Assembly (NCBI GenBank): GCA_040220235.1
Contig: JAVJTO010000135.1
Strand: one strand, 5' to 3'
Length of the DNA: 64,000 bases
From: Coleofasciculus sp. B1-GNL1-01
Lineage (GTDB): Bacteria > Cyanobacteriota > Cyanobacteriia > Cyanobacteriales > Coleofasciculaceae
Every line of letters starts with the position of its first letter. Position 1 is the stretch's first letter. The notes under the pieces were generated by a model. The model made no database searches. It had not been told where the DNA came from and saw only the letters and a list, made by a program, of their open reading frames with translations. Below, in pieces: positions 28,509 to 38,628 of this stretch. The position numbers were made by a program, and so were the translations under genes.

Positions 28509-30752
28509 ATGGGTAAGGTCGTTAAACTTAATTTAGAACATGGGAATTTTAGCCAAGGGTTTCAGATTACCCTAGAAATTGGTGATGAGAGTTTTCCGCA
28601 TCGTCAAATCCGGACAGGTGGTAGTCTACCCGCTAATTTACAGGTTTCTGGAAACTATGATAATTGGAAACAAACCTATCGCCGCTTAGAAACAGCGTTC
28701 AGGCGTCCAGTTATTCTAGATGAAGAAACCGAACTCCTCCCCCCTGTCTCTGCTGATGAATGTCAAGTCTTATTTGATACCCTAAAAGGTAGTATTAATC
28801 ATTGGCTTAGGGCTGAAGAGTTTCGCCGTGTCAAAGAGCAATTACTCAGAGAGTTAGACGAAGACGAAGAAATTCGCGTCATTATCCGCACCAGTGAACA
28901 CAATTTGCGGAAATTACCCTGGGATACGTGGGACTTTTTTGATGAGTTTCCCAATGCGGCTGTGGCGATTAGTCCGACAGAACATGATGTCGGAACTCCG
29001 GTTAAACCGAAAAATAAAGTCAGAATTTTGGCAATTTTAGGCAATAGCCAGGGAATTGATATTGCCAGAGACAGAGGGTTACTCGAAGGTTTACCCCAAG
29101 CGGATGTCCGCTTTCTGGTGGAACCGCAACGTCAAGAATTTGAAACCCTGTGGAGTGAAGAGTGGGATATTCTTTTCTTTGCGGGACATAGTTACTCTCA
29201 AGGAGATGGCGATTGCGGTTATATTTATATTAACCAAACCGAGAAGCTAGCCATTAGCGAGTTAAGAAATACCCTAAAACGAGCGATTAAGAAAGGGTTA
29301 CAACTGGCGATTTTTAATTCCTGTGATGGTTTAGGATTAGCCAATGAGTTGCAGCGCCTGAATATCCCGCAAATGATTGTCATGCGGGAACCTGTACCGG
29401 ATAAGTTTGCTCAAGAATTTTTGAGATATTTTCTGGAATCGTTTTCCAGTGGCAAATCCTTGTATACTTCAGTCCGAGAAGCCCGGGAAAAGCTACATGA
29501 TTTATCGGATATTGAGAGAAGGTTTCCGGGTGCAAGTCTATTACCGGTGATTTGCCAAAATCCTACAGTTTTACCCGTGAAGTGGGACGATTTTTTGGCA
29601 AAGAAAAAGCCTGAGGTTAACTCCGAATCAGGGGAGTCGGTTGAACCGCCAATTTTACCTGAAGATAAACAGACGTTACCCCAACCGATTTCTCCGGAAC
29701 AGTCGGCGACTGAGGATAAAGCTCTCCAGGTTTCATCCCCAGGGAAAAAGCCAATCGGTAAACTAATAGGTATCGGAGTTTTGGGCGGCGCTATTTGTAT
29801 CTCAGCCATCAGCGGTTGGTTATGGTGGAAACGCCTTATCTGTTCATTGAACGATAATCGGATACCATTCATGATTAATATTCCCCAAGGACAACTGTTT
29901 AATTATGGGGGAAGTACAACTTGGGTTCCTCTTGCTCAACCCTTTCACGAACAGATCAAGATAGCCTTGCCCGATTTTCAGCTCAATCCACCCAAGTATA
30001 GTGGTTCAGTGGAGGGAATTGAACAGGTATTGGGAGGATATTTTGCCTTCAGTCTATCCTCTACCCATCTGCGAAAAAAAGATTTAGCCGAGGCGAGACA
30101 GCAAGGCTATGAACTGATTCAGGCACCAGTGGCAATTGACGCGATCGCAGTCGGGGTAAATCCGCAACTAAATGTTCCTAACCTAACCTTAACTCAGCTT
30201 AAAGATATTTATACCGGAAAAATTAGCAACTGGCAACAAGTGGGAGGTCCGGATGTGCCGATTACTCCCTACTCCCGCGCACCCGAAGGCGGAACCGTGC
30301 GATTTTTTACCGATGCGGTTTTAGGAGGACAACCGTTTAATACCCAAATTGTCCAATTTGTTGATTCGACAACCACGGGAATCGGTAAAGTCACCAATGA
30401 TCTAGGTGGGATTTACTACGCCTCAGCACCGGAAATTGTCTCTCAATGTGGAATTCGCCCTTTACCGTTGGGACTTCCAGGAAAGACGGCGATTGCTCCC
30501 TATCAGGGTGAGTTAGTTCCCCTGGAGTCTTGTCCCCAGCATCGCAATCAGGTTAATTTAGCCGCTTTTAAAAGTGGAGAGTATCCTTTAACTCGCAACT
30601 TATTTGTGATTATTAAAGATTTTCCAGGTGAGAATAATGCCCAGGAACAAGCTGGGAGAGCGTATACTAATTTGATAGTAACGGGTAAGGGTCAAGGGAT
30701 GGTAAAAGAACCGGGATTTGTTCCGGTTGCTCAAGCTTGTCCGTCGCCCTAG
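28509..30752 (+). CDS. CHAT (caspase-like) protease - TM - PstS-like periplasmic binding domain
   Basis: ILFFAGHS and IFNSCDG catalytic dyad; TM near aa 420-440; YGGSTTW, GSVEGI, VAIDAIAVGVNP and YPLTRNLF. Confidence 0.9.
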   Translation: MGKVVKLNLEHGNFSQGFQITLEIGDESFPHRQIRTGGSLPANLQVSGNYDNWKQTYRRLETAFRRPVILDEETELLPPVSADECQVLFDTLKGSINHWLRAEEFRRVKEQLLRELDEDEEIRVIIRTSEHNLRKLPWDTWDFFDEFPNAAVAISPTEHDVGTPVKPKNKVRILAILGNSQGIDIARDRGLLEGLPQADVRFLVEPQRQEFETLWSEEWDILFFAGHSYSQGDGDCGYIYINQTEKLAISELRNTLKRAIKKGLQLAIFNSCDGLGLANELQRLNIPQMIVMREPVPDKFAQEFLRYFLESFSSGKSLYTSVREAREKLHDLSDIERRFPGASLLPVICQNPTVLPVKWDDFLAKKKPEVNSESGESVEPPILPEDKQTLPQPISPEQSATEDKALQVSSPGKKPIGKLIGIGVLGGAICISAISGWLWWKRLICSLNDNRIPFMINIPQGQLFNYGGSTTWVPLAQPFHEQIKIALPDFQLNPPKYSGSVEGIEQVLGGYFAFSLSSTHLRKKDLAEARQQGYELIQAPVAIDAIAVGVNPQLNVPNLTLTQLKDIYTGKISNWQQVGGPDVPITPYSRAPEGGTVRFFTDAVLGGQPFNTQIVQFVDSTTTGIGKVTNDLGGIYYASAPEIVSQCGIRPLPLGLPGKTAIAPYQGELVPLESCPQHRNQVNLAAFKSGEYPLTRNLFVIIKDFPGENNAQEQAGRAYTNLIVTGKGQGMVKEPGFVPVAQACPSP

Positions 30753-31660
30753 TGCAGCTTGGCGAAAATACTTGAGCAGCTTCGTAGATACGATGAAGCT
30801 GGGGAAGCAGAGGGAGCTGGGGGAGCTGGGAGAGCTGAGGGAGCAAAGGATAAAAAAATGATTAGCTGGTGGGGGAATTATTTAGTTGTCTGTGTCAATC
30901 TGTGTGCTTGACTATTTAATGTTCTAGAAAGTGCCATTTATTATGTGTACTCTGTGTTTTTGTCAATAGTTGGCAATGATTTTTATCATAACTTTAACAA
31001 AATACATGCGTCCCAGGGGGAGGTTGGGAGTGAGACGAAAACCGTCAATTATACAAAGTCTTACGAAGATTCAAGGGTTTTAGCTGTATCAAAATTATTT
31101 TTGCCCACAAAAAACCCACCATAGATAGTATACCTGAAAATCGCACAAGTTTCTCACAATCGCTGCAACCCTTGAAAATTCGTAGCTTTTTCCCAAAATG
31201 AGGTAAAAAACGAGCAATTATGACGTTTTGTTGAGACGAGATCCTGATTGAAAAAATTAAACCGTTCTGGGGGAAAGAATAGTTTAACTTATCAGAGCTT
31301 GACAAATTAAGCCGAGGTGTTGCCTATTGCAAGAAAGCCTAGCGCGTAGCGCTATAGAATTGAGTCAAGCTAAGGAAATGTCAGTAGCGAAGCAGAAAGA
31401 AAGAGCTAAGTGGTATGTAGTGAATTATGGTTATCAAAAGAAGTGCGATCGCTCGCTGTGCCGGATCGGATTTGTCTAAAGTCCACTATTAATCAAGTGT
31501 CCGATTATGCCATTAGAGAATGAAGCGAAGCGAAATGAAGAATATCTCCAGATACTGATGCTTATTCCGACGCTTGTTACGCTACTGGATTGACACAGCT
31601 AAAATGGTGGAGTAGATTCTACCGTTAAATCGGGCGCAAAGCAATAAGCCCCTACAGTTT

Positions 31661-33142
31661 ATGCACTACTCATCGTTATTGGTGTTACTATCCTTATCCC
31701 TATCGTTCCCGCTACTTTCACCCTCAACGGCAAATGCCCAAGATACAACAGCACAATCTAGCTTTGCCCAAGGATTTTGGCGTCCAGCCGAAGGACTGGT
31801 TCAAGAACAACTGAATTTGATTAATCGGATTGAGCGAGCATACTACAGTCCTAATGTATATCAAGTAGAAGCGACGCGATCGCAACTTTTCTTACATCTC
31901 GGCAAAGTGGAACGCTTCTTGAATAGTCAGTATCGAATTCCCCAGTTTCTCTGTAATAACGGAACGCCTGATCCCGATGTTCCTGCACCGTTAACCTTAC
32001 CCCAGCGACAGGTGTACTGCAATCTTTATGTATCCACCCAGAAGCTGGAACCCATGGTTGATCTGTTAGATATGCGGTTACCGATGCTAGCGGGGTTAGC
32101 CGCACCCAGTACCCTACCATTAGATGATCAACGTCCAGGATTGCGGTTGAATTTAGCCACACCACTTCGTCCTGAATTTGCACCTGTACCCGACTTCCCC
32201 GAACCCGAACCGCCTGTCTTGGGTATGCCGACAAAGCGCCCCCTGACAGACTATCAGAGACAACCGCGACAACCTGCGATCGCGCCTCCAGAAGCTGTCA
32301 CCCAAACCCTTTTAGCCGCACGGGAACAATTATTACCCACATTACCAGCATTTCCCGACTCGGCTCGTATTATTGACCCTGGTGTCTACTCAGTCATTCC
32401 CACCCAAAGTACTTTGGGTCTTTTACCCTTAGAACCCCAACGATATGCCGACTTTCTTGACCAACCCAACACCGGAATTGCCCGTATCTTTCTCGCCGAA
32501 AGCTATCAACCTGATCCCAATAAGCTGCGAAACCGCTTGCAATCTCCCCTCCCCCAACCCTTTCCCTTAACGACTGGGGTTGAATCGGCGACGGACTCCG
32601 TTCCTAGCTTGGCGTTGGAAATTGAAAATGGAAACTTCACTATTCCTTTGCAGGGGCTGGATTATGGTTTTATCGTCAATTTGGGCGACGTTTCTTTAGA
32701 CGAACTCGACGCCAATCTCAACACAATTCCTACGCTTACACCTGAACAACGGGATTTATTCCTAAATTATCGTCCGCCCAATGAAGTAGAAGCTTTACAA
32801 ATAGACCAACGGCGCTTTTATACAGGTAAAGATGGGATTGGGTTTGTCCCGCCTTTAAGTCCACCTGCGGCTACAGGTTCAGAGGTAAAATTAAATAACA
32901 CCTATTTGGTCAGATTAATTCAATTCCAGTTACCCGAAGCTGTACTTGAAGGAGAACCAATTTCCCGGGCGCAGCGCCGTTATTTACCAGACATTCTCAA
33001 CACACCGAGTAGCGATGTTATTGTGGCGTTTCAACCGGTTCACCAGCGTTTAGATGGGAGTTATACCGTGCTGTGGCGTTTACTGTATCGGTTTAGTGAT
33101 CCCCAAATTGAAAATTTAGCCGAATATGTTGATTTAGAGTAG
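31661..33142 (+). CDS. Secreted hypothetical protein
   Basis: Signal peptide ending ANA; 493-aa ORF. Confidence 0.7.
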   Translation: MHYSSLLVLLSLSLSFPLLSPSTANAQDTTAQSSFAQGFWRPAEGLVQEQLNLINRIERAYYSPNVYQVEATRSQLFLHLGKVERFLNSQYRIPQFLCNNGTPDPDVPAPLTLPQRQVYCNLYVSTQKLEPMVDLLDMRLPMLAGLAAPSTLPLDDQRPGLRLNLATPLRPEFAPVPDFPEPEPPVLGMPTKRPLTDYQRQPRQPAIAPPEAVTQTLLAAREQLLPTLPAFPDSARIIDPGVYSVIPTQSTLGLLPLEPQRYADFLDQPNTGIARIFLAESYQPDPNKLRNRLQSPLPQPFPLTTGVESATDSVPSLALEIENGNFTIPLQGLDYGFIVNLGDVSLDELDANLNTIPTLTPEQRDLFLNYRPPNEVEALQIDQRRFYTGKDGIGFVPPLSPPAATGSEVKLNNTYLVRLIQFQLPEAVLEGEPISRAQRRYLPDILNTPSSDVIVAFQPVHQRLDGSYTVLWRLLYRFSDPQIENLAEYVDLE

Positions 33143-33325
33143 GGGCTTGGTTCCCTTGGTGACCAAGCCCCTACGAATGCCCGGTATATAATGGCAAATG
33201 CGATCGCACTCCCTCTGCTCCCAGACGTTCCACGCCTTACGTCTCTACAACCCCTTGACGGAGCCTGCGCCCCTAGGCTAAGGGTTAATTTGGCTCTGGG
33301 AATAATTGTAATTGTATCTGAATCA

Positions 33326-34870
33326 ATGTTTAATCCTTATCGTTATCAACAACAGTTAAATCAACCGTTTTCCTTTGATCATCTCTACTCTCATCCGGGT
33401 TCTCTGGATAGTTATGATTCCCAGGGAATTCGCCAAAGCATTGGTATTATCGGTGGGGGAATTGCTGGACTTACTTGTGCTTATGAATTGAGTCAACTGG
33501 AACACCAGGTTACCCTGTTGGAAGCGTCTGGGCGTTTAGGGGGTCGTATTTATACTCACTATTTCAGTGATAGCACTCATGCCGAATTGGGCGCCATGAG
33601 GGTTCCGGCTAGTCATGGTTGCACCCTCTATTATATGGATAAATTTAAGTTAAAAAGAAGACAATTTGTTAGTTACAATCCCGCCGCTTACTATTATTTA
33701 CGTGGTCAAAAGACTCGCCTTGACAATTATAAATCCCTATTATATAATTACCATTTAACTCTTGAAGAGCAGCAAGACCCAGCGGTAATTTACGAAACTA
33801 TATTAGAGGAGTTAATTGAGTCTTTGTCTAATCAGGAGAAATGGGAGATGTTTTCCCCTAGCTTCACCAGTTCCCGACTAAGAGAATACGACAGCCTCTC
33901 GGTAACCCAATATTTTCGCGATCGCCTCTCCCCCGATGCCTTTGAATTCGTCGGTCACGCGACAGGGATGATCCATTATAATCAAGTTTCTCTTTTGAAT
34001 GGGTTAATTGACTTTTTTGCTTGGCATCGCGTGGAACAATACAAGTTAGTCGGAGGGATGGAAACCCTGGTAAACGCTTTTGCGGAAAGAATACCAGGGG
34101 ACATTCAGACTCAAGCCCAGGTAACCGCCATAGAACTAACGGATTCTGGCGTTAAACTCCACTGGAATAGTTTACAGGGTAAACAAAGCGCCGAGTTTGA
34201 TTTTGTCATCTGTACGCTTCCGACTACGGCTTTGGCAAAAATCGATTTTGATCCGCCTTTACCTGCTCAACAAAGGGAAGCGATTAACAGTCTGGGGTAT
34301 TGTAGCGCCGCGAAAACCTTATTTCACTGTACCGCTCGTCCTTGGGAGTTTGAGGATGGAATCTATGGTGGCGGAAGTTTTACAGATTTAAATATCGAAA
34401 AGTGTTGGTATCCTGATGATAATGCTATCTTGGCAGATAAACAATCAGACAATCCTGACTGGATAGCCTGCGATCGCGAACGTTCCCACCAACCGTCTGC
34501 GTTTACAGCAGCGTATCGTTGGGAAGGGAATTCACGAAAATTCCGGAGTCTGGAAGAAGGCGATCGCACTGAATTGACGTTACGTGAGGTTAAGCAACTC
34601 CATCCTCAGATTGAGCCATACGTTGATGATATCGTTCACTATATTTGGGATGAAAAGGCTAAACTGGGTTCTGGCTCTTATGCCTTTTTTGCTCCAGGAG
34701 AACATGAGCGATATCAAGGATGGTTGGGTGAATCCTATCCTCACCAGCAACCTCGCGTCTTTTTTGCCGGGGAACATCTGGGCATTAATCATGCTTCGGT
34801 GCAAGGGGCAATTCAGACAGCAGTTTCAGCAGTTATTGAGCTTCTGGAAACATCTATTCTTAAGTTTTAG
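33326..34870 (+). CDS. Flavin-dependent amine/L-amino-acid oxidase
   Basis: IIGGGIAGL, LEASGRLGGR, AELGAMR, FFAGEH. The likely start is ATG 33326, because the upstream part of the 33191 ORF runs through REP/HIP1 sequence. Confidence 0.9.
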   Translation: MFNPYRYQQQLNQPFSFDHLYSHPGSLDSYDSQGIRQSIGIIGGGIAGLTCAYELSQLEHQVTLLEASGRLGGRIYTHYFSDSTHAELGAMRVPASHGCTLYYMDKFKLKRRQFVSYNPAAYYYLRGQKTRLDNYKSLLYNYHLTLEEQQDPAVIYETILEELIESLSNQEKWEMFSPSFTSSRLREYDSLSVTQYFRDRLSPDAFEFVGHATGMIHYNQVSLLNGLIDFFAWHRVEQYKLVGGMETLVNAFAERIPGDIQTQAQVTAIELTDSGVKLHWNSLQGKQSAEFDFVICTLPTTALAKIDFDPPLPAQQREAINSLGYCSAAKTLFHCTARPWEFEDGIYGGGSFTDLNIEKCWYPDDNAILADKQSDNPDWIACDRERSHQPSAFTAAYRWEGNSRKFRSLEEGDRTELTLREVKQLHPQIEPYVDDIVHYIWDEKAKLGSGSYAFFAPGEHERYQGWLGESYPHQQPRVFFAGEHLGINHASVQGAIQTAVSAVIELLETSILKF

Positions 34871-34911
34871 CATCTTAGTGTAAAATTAAGTTGTTGGATA
34901 GCCTTTAAAAA

Positions 34912-35736
34912 ATGGGAAATATGAAAAATAATAATAACAAGAATCATCATATAGCAATGTGGGTTGTTCCTAGAAGCCGTTCCACAGCAATTACTAGAGC
35001 TTTTGAACAGTTGGAGGAATGTGTAATCTATGATGAACCTTTATATGGTGCCTACTTCGTAAATGTTAATGCTGATTATCATTTACTTGAGGAGCGTATT
35101 CTCAAAATTTGGCAGGATAATTTGTCGAAGTATCCTGAAACAAATTATGATAAAATTATCCAAAAAGCAACTGGAAAATTGCCAGATGGCAAGTCTATTT
35201 CTTTTCAAAAGAATATGTCATACTTTATGTTACCAAAATTTGGAAGAAATTGGCTTAAATCAATGAAAAATTTATTTCTGATCAGAGACCCTAAAGAGAC
35301 AATTGTGTCATCTTGGAAGAATTATAGATTAGTTAATCAGGAATGGAGATTAATTTTTTATGGAGTAGGTTGGGAACAACATTATAGCCTCTTTAGAGAT
35401 ATTGAAGCTCTAACAGGATCAATGCCTTTGGTAATCGATTCAACTGATTTAGTGAAAAAGCCTCGAGAATATTTGGAAGCGTTATGCTTTGAATTAGGAA
35501 TAGATTTTTCCGAAAAAATGCTCAACTGGAGTTCAAATCCAGATAATAGTAACCTAAATTGGGGAAATACAGTTTACGCCAGTTATTATGAAAATATCCT
35601 AAATTCTACTGGATTCTTTTATGAAGACAAAAAGTCTGCAATTCCAGAGGAATTTCCCAATGAACTAAGACCTTATATCAACAGTTCTCTAGCTTTTTAT
35701 GAAGAAATGTCAAAATACCGCATGATCCTCGAATAA
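34912..35736 (+). CDS. Sulfotransferase-like P-loop protein
   Basis: MWVVPRSRSTA...DEPLY...LIRDP...IDSTDL...KMLNW. Confidence 0.75.
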   Translation: MGNMKNNNNKNHHIAMWVVPRSRSTAITRAFEQLEECVIYDEPLYGAYFVNVNADYHLLEERILKIWQDNLSKYPETNYDKIIQKATGKLPDGKSISFQKNMSYFMLPKFGRNWLKSMKNLFLIRDPKETIVSSWKNYRLVNQEWRLIFYGVGWEQHYSLFRDIEALTGSMPLVIDSTDLVKKPREYLEALCFELGIDFSEKMLNWSSNPDNSNLNWGNTVYASYYENILNSTGFFYEDKKSAIPEEFPNELRPYINSSLAFYEEMSKYRMILE

Positions 35737-35822
35737 ATATCAACTTCCATGTACTCAAACAATTACATTATCAGTCTTATTGGAAAGAGCAATCTAGACA
35801 CATATTTTTTACTAAAACAAAA

Positions 35823-36845
35823 TTAGCAAACTCCAAAAGTAATACCTAGATCCTTGAGCCATCTACGATAGGCAATAGAGGCTCGATCACAGGGAACGTG
35901 GACTTCTGGCGGCCATTCTGTATCAGTCCCTTGTCGAGGGAGAAGAGGTAAACGTGCTGGACGGTGTGACTCCAACATTAGAAGATCTTCACAAATAACG
36001 TTGTCCGTAGATGTTTGCATTTCCGATTCTGTTATTTCGTATCCGTAGTTCATGGCTAGAGAAATCCACATCAAACAGCTTTCTTCATCAATTGGTGTTA
36101 CATTTATAAACCAGTGCATTATTTTAGCACCATTGTCTATTTCTTTAACTACTTTTAAGCTTAAAGGACGAGCTACTTTGATAGACGATATGGTGATTTT
36201 ACGAACCGTTTTACTGTTATTAAAATAGGAACCATCTAATTGCCAAGCATTAATATTGTGTACAGTAATGCTGTCTTTCTCTGTTGTCACTTCATAGTTT
36301 TCTATAATTGGATAATCAGGATGACCTATAGATCCTTCATGCAAAAAAGGAACATGAGATTGATCTAAATTATTATCAATTACTCGAAATGGGCTAGTTT
36401 TCACATGATAGGGATTGGAGATAAACAAACGGTAATCTGGATTGTCCCATTCCGGAAATGAAGACACATCTTGAACAGGATTACCTAAACTTACCCATAT
36501 ATAACCTTGGCTTTCTTGACATTGATAAGTTTTGACACAGGCATTTAATGGAGGAAGTTGGGTAGTAAGTGAAGGGATATTTACACATTTACCCTGTTGA
36601 TCGTACTGCCAGCCATGATATCTACACGTAAGATGATCGCCAACTATTTTTCCTAGGGAAAGAGCAACACCTCTATGAGGACACCAGTCTTGGCAAGCTA
36701 CTACGGGGGATTCGGGAGAATTACCACGCCATATAACAATTTCTTGTCCTAGTAGTCTCAACGGTTTGATATTACCTGGTTGGATATCCTTGGCTTGGGA
36801 GACAATATACCAGTCATTTGCTAAAATCGGATCTATTTCAACCAT
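35823..36845 (-). CDS. Rieske non-heme iron oxygenase, SxtT/SxtH/VanA-like
   Basis: CPHRG...CRYHGW Rieske site, DNNLDQSHVPFLH iron site, C-terminus PARLPLLP...EVHVPCDRASIAYRRWLKDLGITFGVC. Confidence 0.9.
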   Translation of the reverse strand: MVEIDPILANDWYIVSQAKDIQPGNIKPLRLLGQEIVIWRGNSPESPVVACQDWCPHRGVALSLGKIVGDHLTCRYHGWQYDQQGKCVNIPSLTTQLPPLNACVKTYQCQESQGYIWVSLGNPVQDVSSFPEWDNPDYRLFISNPYHVKTSPFRVIDNNLDQSHVPFLHEGSIGHPDYPIIENYEVTTEKDSITVHNINAWQLDGSYFNNSKTVRKITISSIKVARPLSLKVVKEIDNGAKIMHWFINVTPIDEESCLMWISLAMNYGYEITESEMQTSTDNVICEDLLMLESHRPARLPLLPRQGTDTEWPPEVHVPCDRASIAYRRWLKDLGITFGVC

Positions 36846-36918
36846 TCTCTACGTCTATTTAGTTAAACTTTTCAAATTTTTAAGTTCACACTGAAAAATA
36901 CTTGGCTTCTGGCGATCG

Positions 36919-37218
36919 TCAACTCCCAGTCGGTGACCATTTGTATGAATGTATCCAATAAAAACGATTGGTTACTTTCCCTGTATTTAGGGTCGCATGA
37001 GATTTGTAAGCAGGAACAAAAAACTCTTCCCCAATTTTAGGGCGATATTTATTACCTTCTAGAGAAATTTCCATCTCTCCTTCTAAGACAATAAAAACTT
37101 CATCACCCTCATGACCAGGATCTGACCAACCTCCACCGGGAGGAGATGTCCAGATTTCACAGATAAATCCTTTATTCTGCCAATAATTAACTTTTTCATT
37201 GATTTCATTGTTAATCAT
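36919..37218 (-). CDS. Cupin domain protein
   Basis: HEGDEVFIVLEGEM...FVPAYKSH. Confidence 0.85.
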   Translation of the reverse strand: MINNEINEKVNYWQNKGFICEIWTSPPGGGWSDPGHEGDEVFIVLEGEMEISLEGNKYRPKIGEEFFVPAYKSHATLNTGKVTNRFYWIHSYKWSPTGS

Positions 37219-37243
37219 AATTTTCTTGCCTTATTATTGTTCC

Positions 37244-37987
37244 TCAAACTTTTTTGAAAATTGAATTCCAATTCTTTGACCCATTATAACCAAACATATC
37301 TTGGTAATAAGTATCAATTAAGTACTCATCGTGATGATTCATAAACCAAGTCTTCACTAAATCAAGTTTGCACCCCATCCGTTCAATAAATTCTCGATCT
37401 TCCCAATCTGACCACTCCTCCCACAAAGCCTTATTTGTGTCTTCAATAATTAAATAATCTCCACTCTGTAAACCATTATGATGAAAATAATCTAGGATAC
37501 CGACTAAATTAACATGAACATCTTCTAGTATTAACCAAGGATGAGCAAGTTTAGAAAGGAGTGTTGGAGACCAAACTACATCAATCTGATTACAATCACC
37601 TTCCCAGAATTTTATCTTGGGTTCAACTTTGGCTTTTTCATCCAGTAAGGATAAATCGATATCAACAGAGTAGACAAGACCTTCAATATCAAATAACTTC
37701 AACTGATCGGCTAACCATACTGCACTTCCTCCAGTGTCTGCACCAAGTTCAATGATGGTTTTAGGTCTAAGTTCATAAATCAGCATTGGATAAAGGGCAA
37801 TTTCTAGAGGACTTTTGTCCATCGGTATCTCTTTCCATGTTTGTAAATGGTAGTTATTGGTCAAAGGTCTCCAAGCAGACTGGGGAATATCACACCTATT
37901 TTCTCGCTCATAAATTTGGACAAAGCGCTTATTCTCGGAGATCTCTGAACCAGAACGGGTTAATTTAGTAATACTTTGAGTATTCAT
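37244..37987 (-). CDS. CmcI (cephalosporin hydroxylase-like) SAM-fold protein
   Basis: WKEIPMDKSP...ELRPKTIIELG..GGSAVWLAD...SVDID...GDYLIIED. Confidence 0.85.
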   Translation of the reverse strand: MNTQSITKLTRSGSEISENKRFVQIYERENRCDIPQSAWRPLTNNYHLQTWKEIPMDKSPLEIALYPMLIYELRPKTIIELGADTGGSAVWLADQLKLFDIEGLVYSVDIDLSLLDEKAKVEPKIKFWEGDCNQIDVVWSPTLLSKLAHPWLILEDVHVNLVGILDYFHHNGLQSGDYLIIEDTNKALWEEWSDWEDREFIERMGCKLDLVKTWFMNHHDEYLIDTYYQDMFGYNGSKNWNSIFKKV

Positions 37988-37989
37988 AG

Positions 37990-38619
37990 CTATTGCTCCT
38001 TTTTGAAAGCCAGAAGATACATCAATTTTGTTTCGTCATAGATCGGAAAATCCTCTTCACTGACTAATGTCCATGGTAATTGATCTAATGCTGTCTGCAT
38101 TCCACGGCGATAATCTTCCCGTATCGTCAACAAGAATAGTCCTTCTTCCTTTAAAAAACCGAATAGATTGTTTAATACCTCAGCCCCAGCATGGGCATAG
38201 GCAAAAACCCCGGCGGCAATAATTGCATCAAAATTTGTTGAATGGCTAAAAAGTTTGGAATCTTCTAAATTACTCTGATGGAGAGCCTTGTAGACTTGTC
38301 TCTCTTTCGCGATCGCCAACATTTTTTCTGATAGATCTACTGCGGTAAGATTAGTATATCCCTGTTGTGCCAAGGCTTCACCGACTAATCCCGTACCCGC
38401 ACCAGCATCTAAGATTTTGGCATTTTTCTTGGGAAGCAGCTTACTTAATGTCCGTGCTATAGTAACAGGCATAAAAGACCAATCCTCTCTTACATCTGCA
38501 TCGTAGGTATTTGCCCAACTATCGTATTTAGTTTTTAATTCCTCAGTGCTTTGGCTATCACAAATCTCAGATAACCAAGCTCTTTTTTCTAAAAAATCGT
38601 TGGTTTGTTCTTTGCTCAT
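37990..38619 (-). CDS. Class I SAM-dependent methyltransferase
   Basis: YDSWANTYD, ILDAGAGTGLVG, VDLSEKML. Confidence 0.9.
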   Translation of the reverse strand: MSKEQTNDFLEKRAWLSEICDSQSTEELKTKYDSWANTYDADVREDWSFMPVTIARTLSKLLPKKNAKILDAGAGTGLVGEALAQQGYTNLTAVDLSEKMLAIAKERQVYKALHQSNLEDSKLFSHSTNFDAIIAAGVFAYAHAGAEVLNNLFGFLKEEGLFLLTIREDYRRGMQTALDQLPWTLVSEEDFPIYDETKLMYLLAFKKEQ

Positions 38620-38628
38620 GTTTAATCA

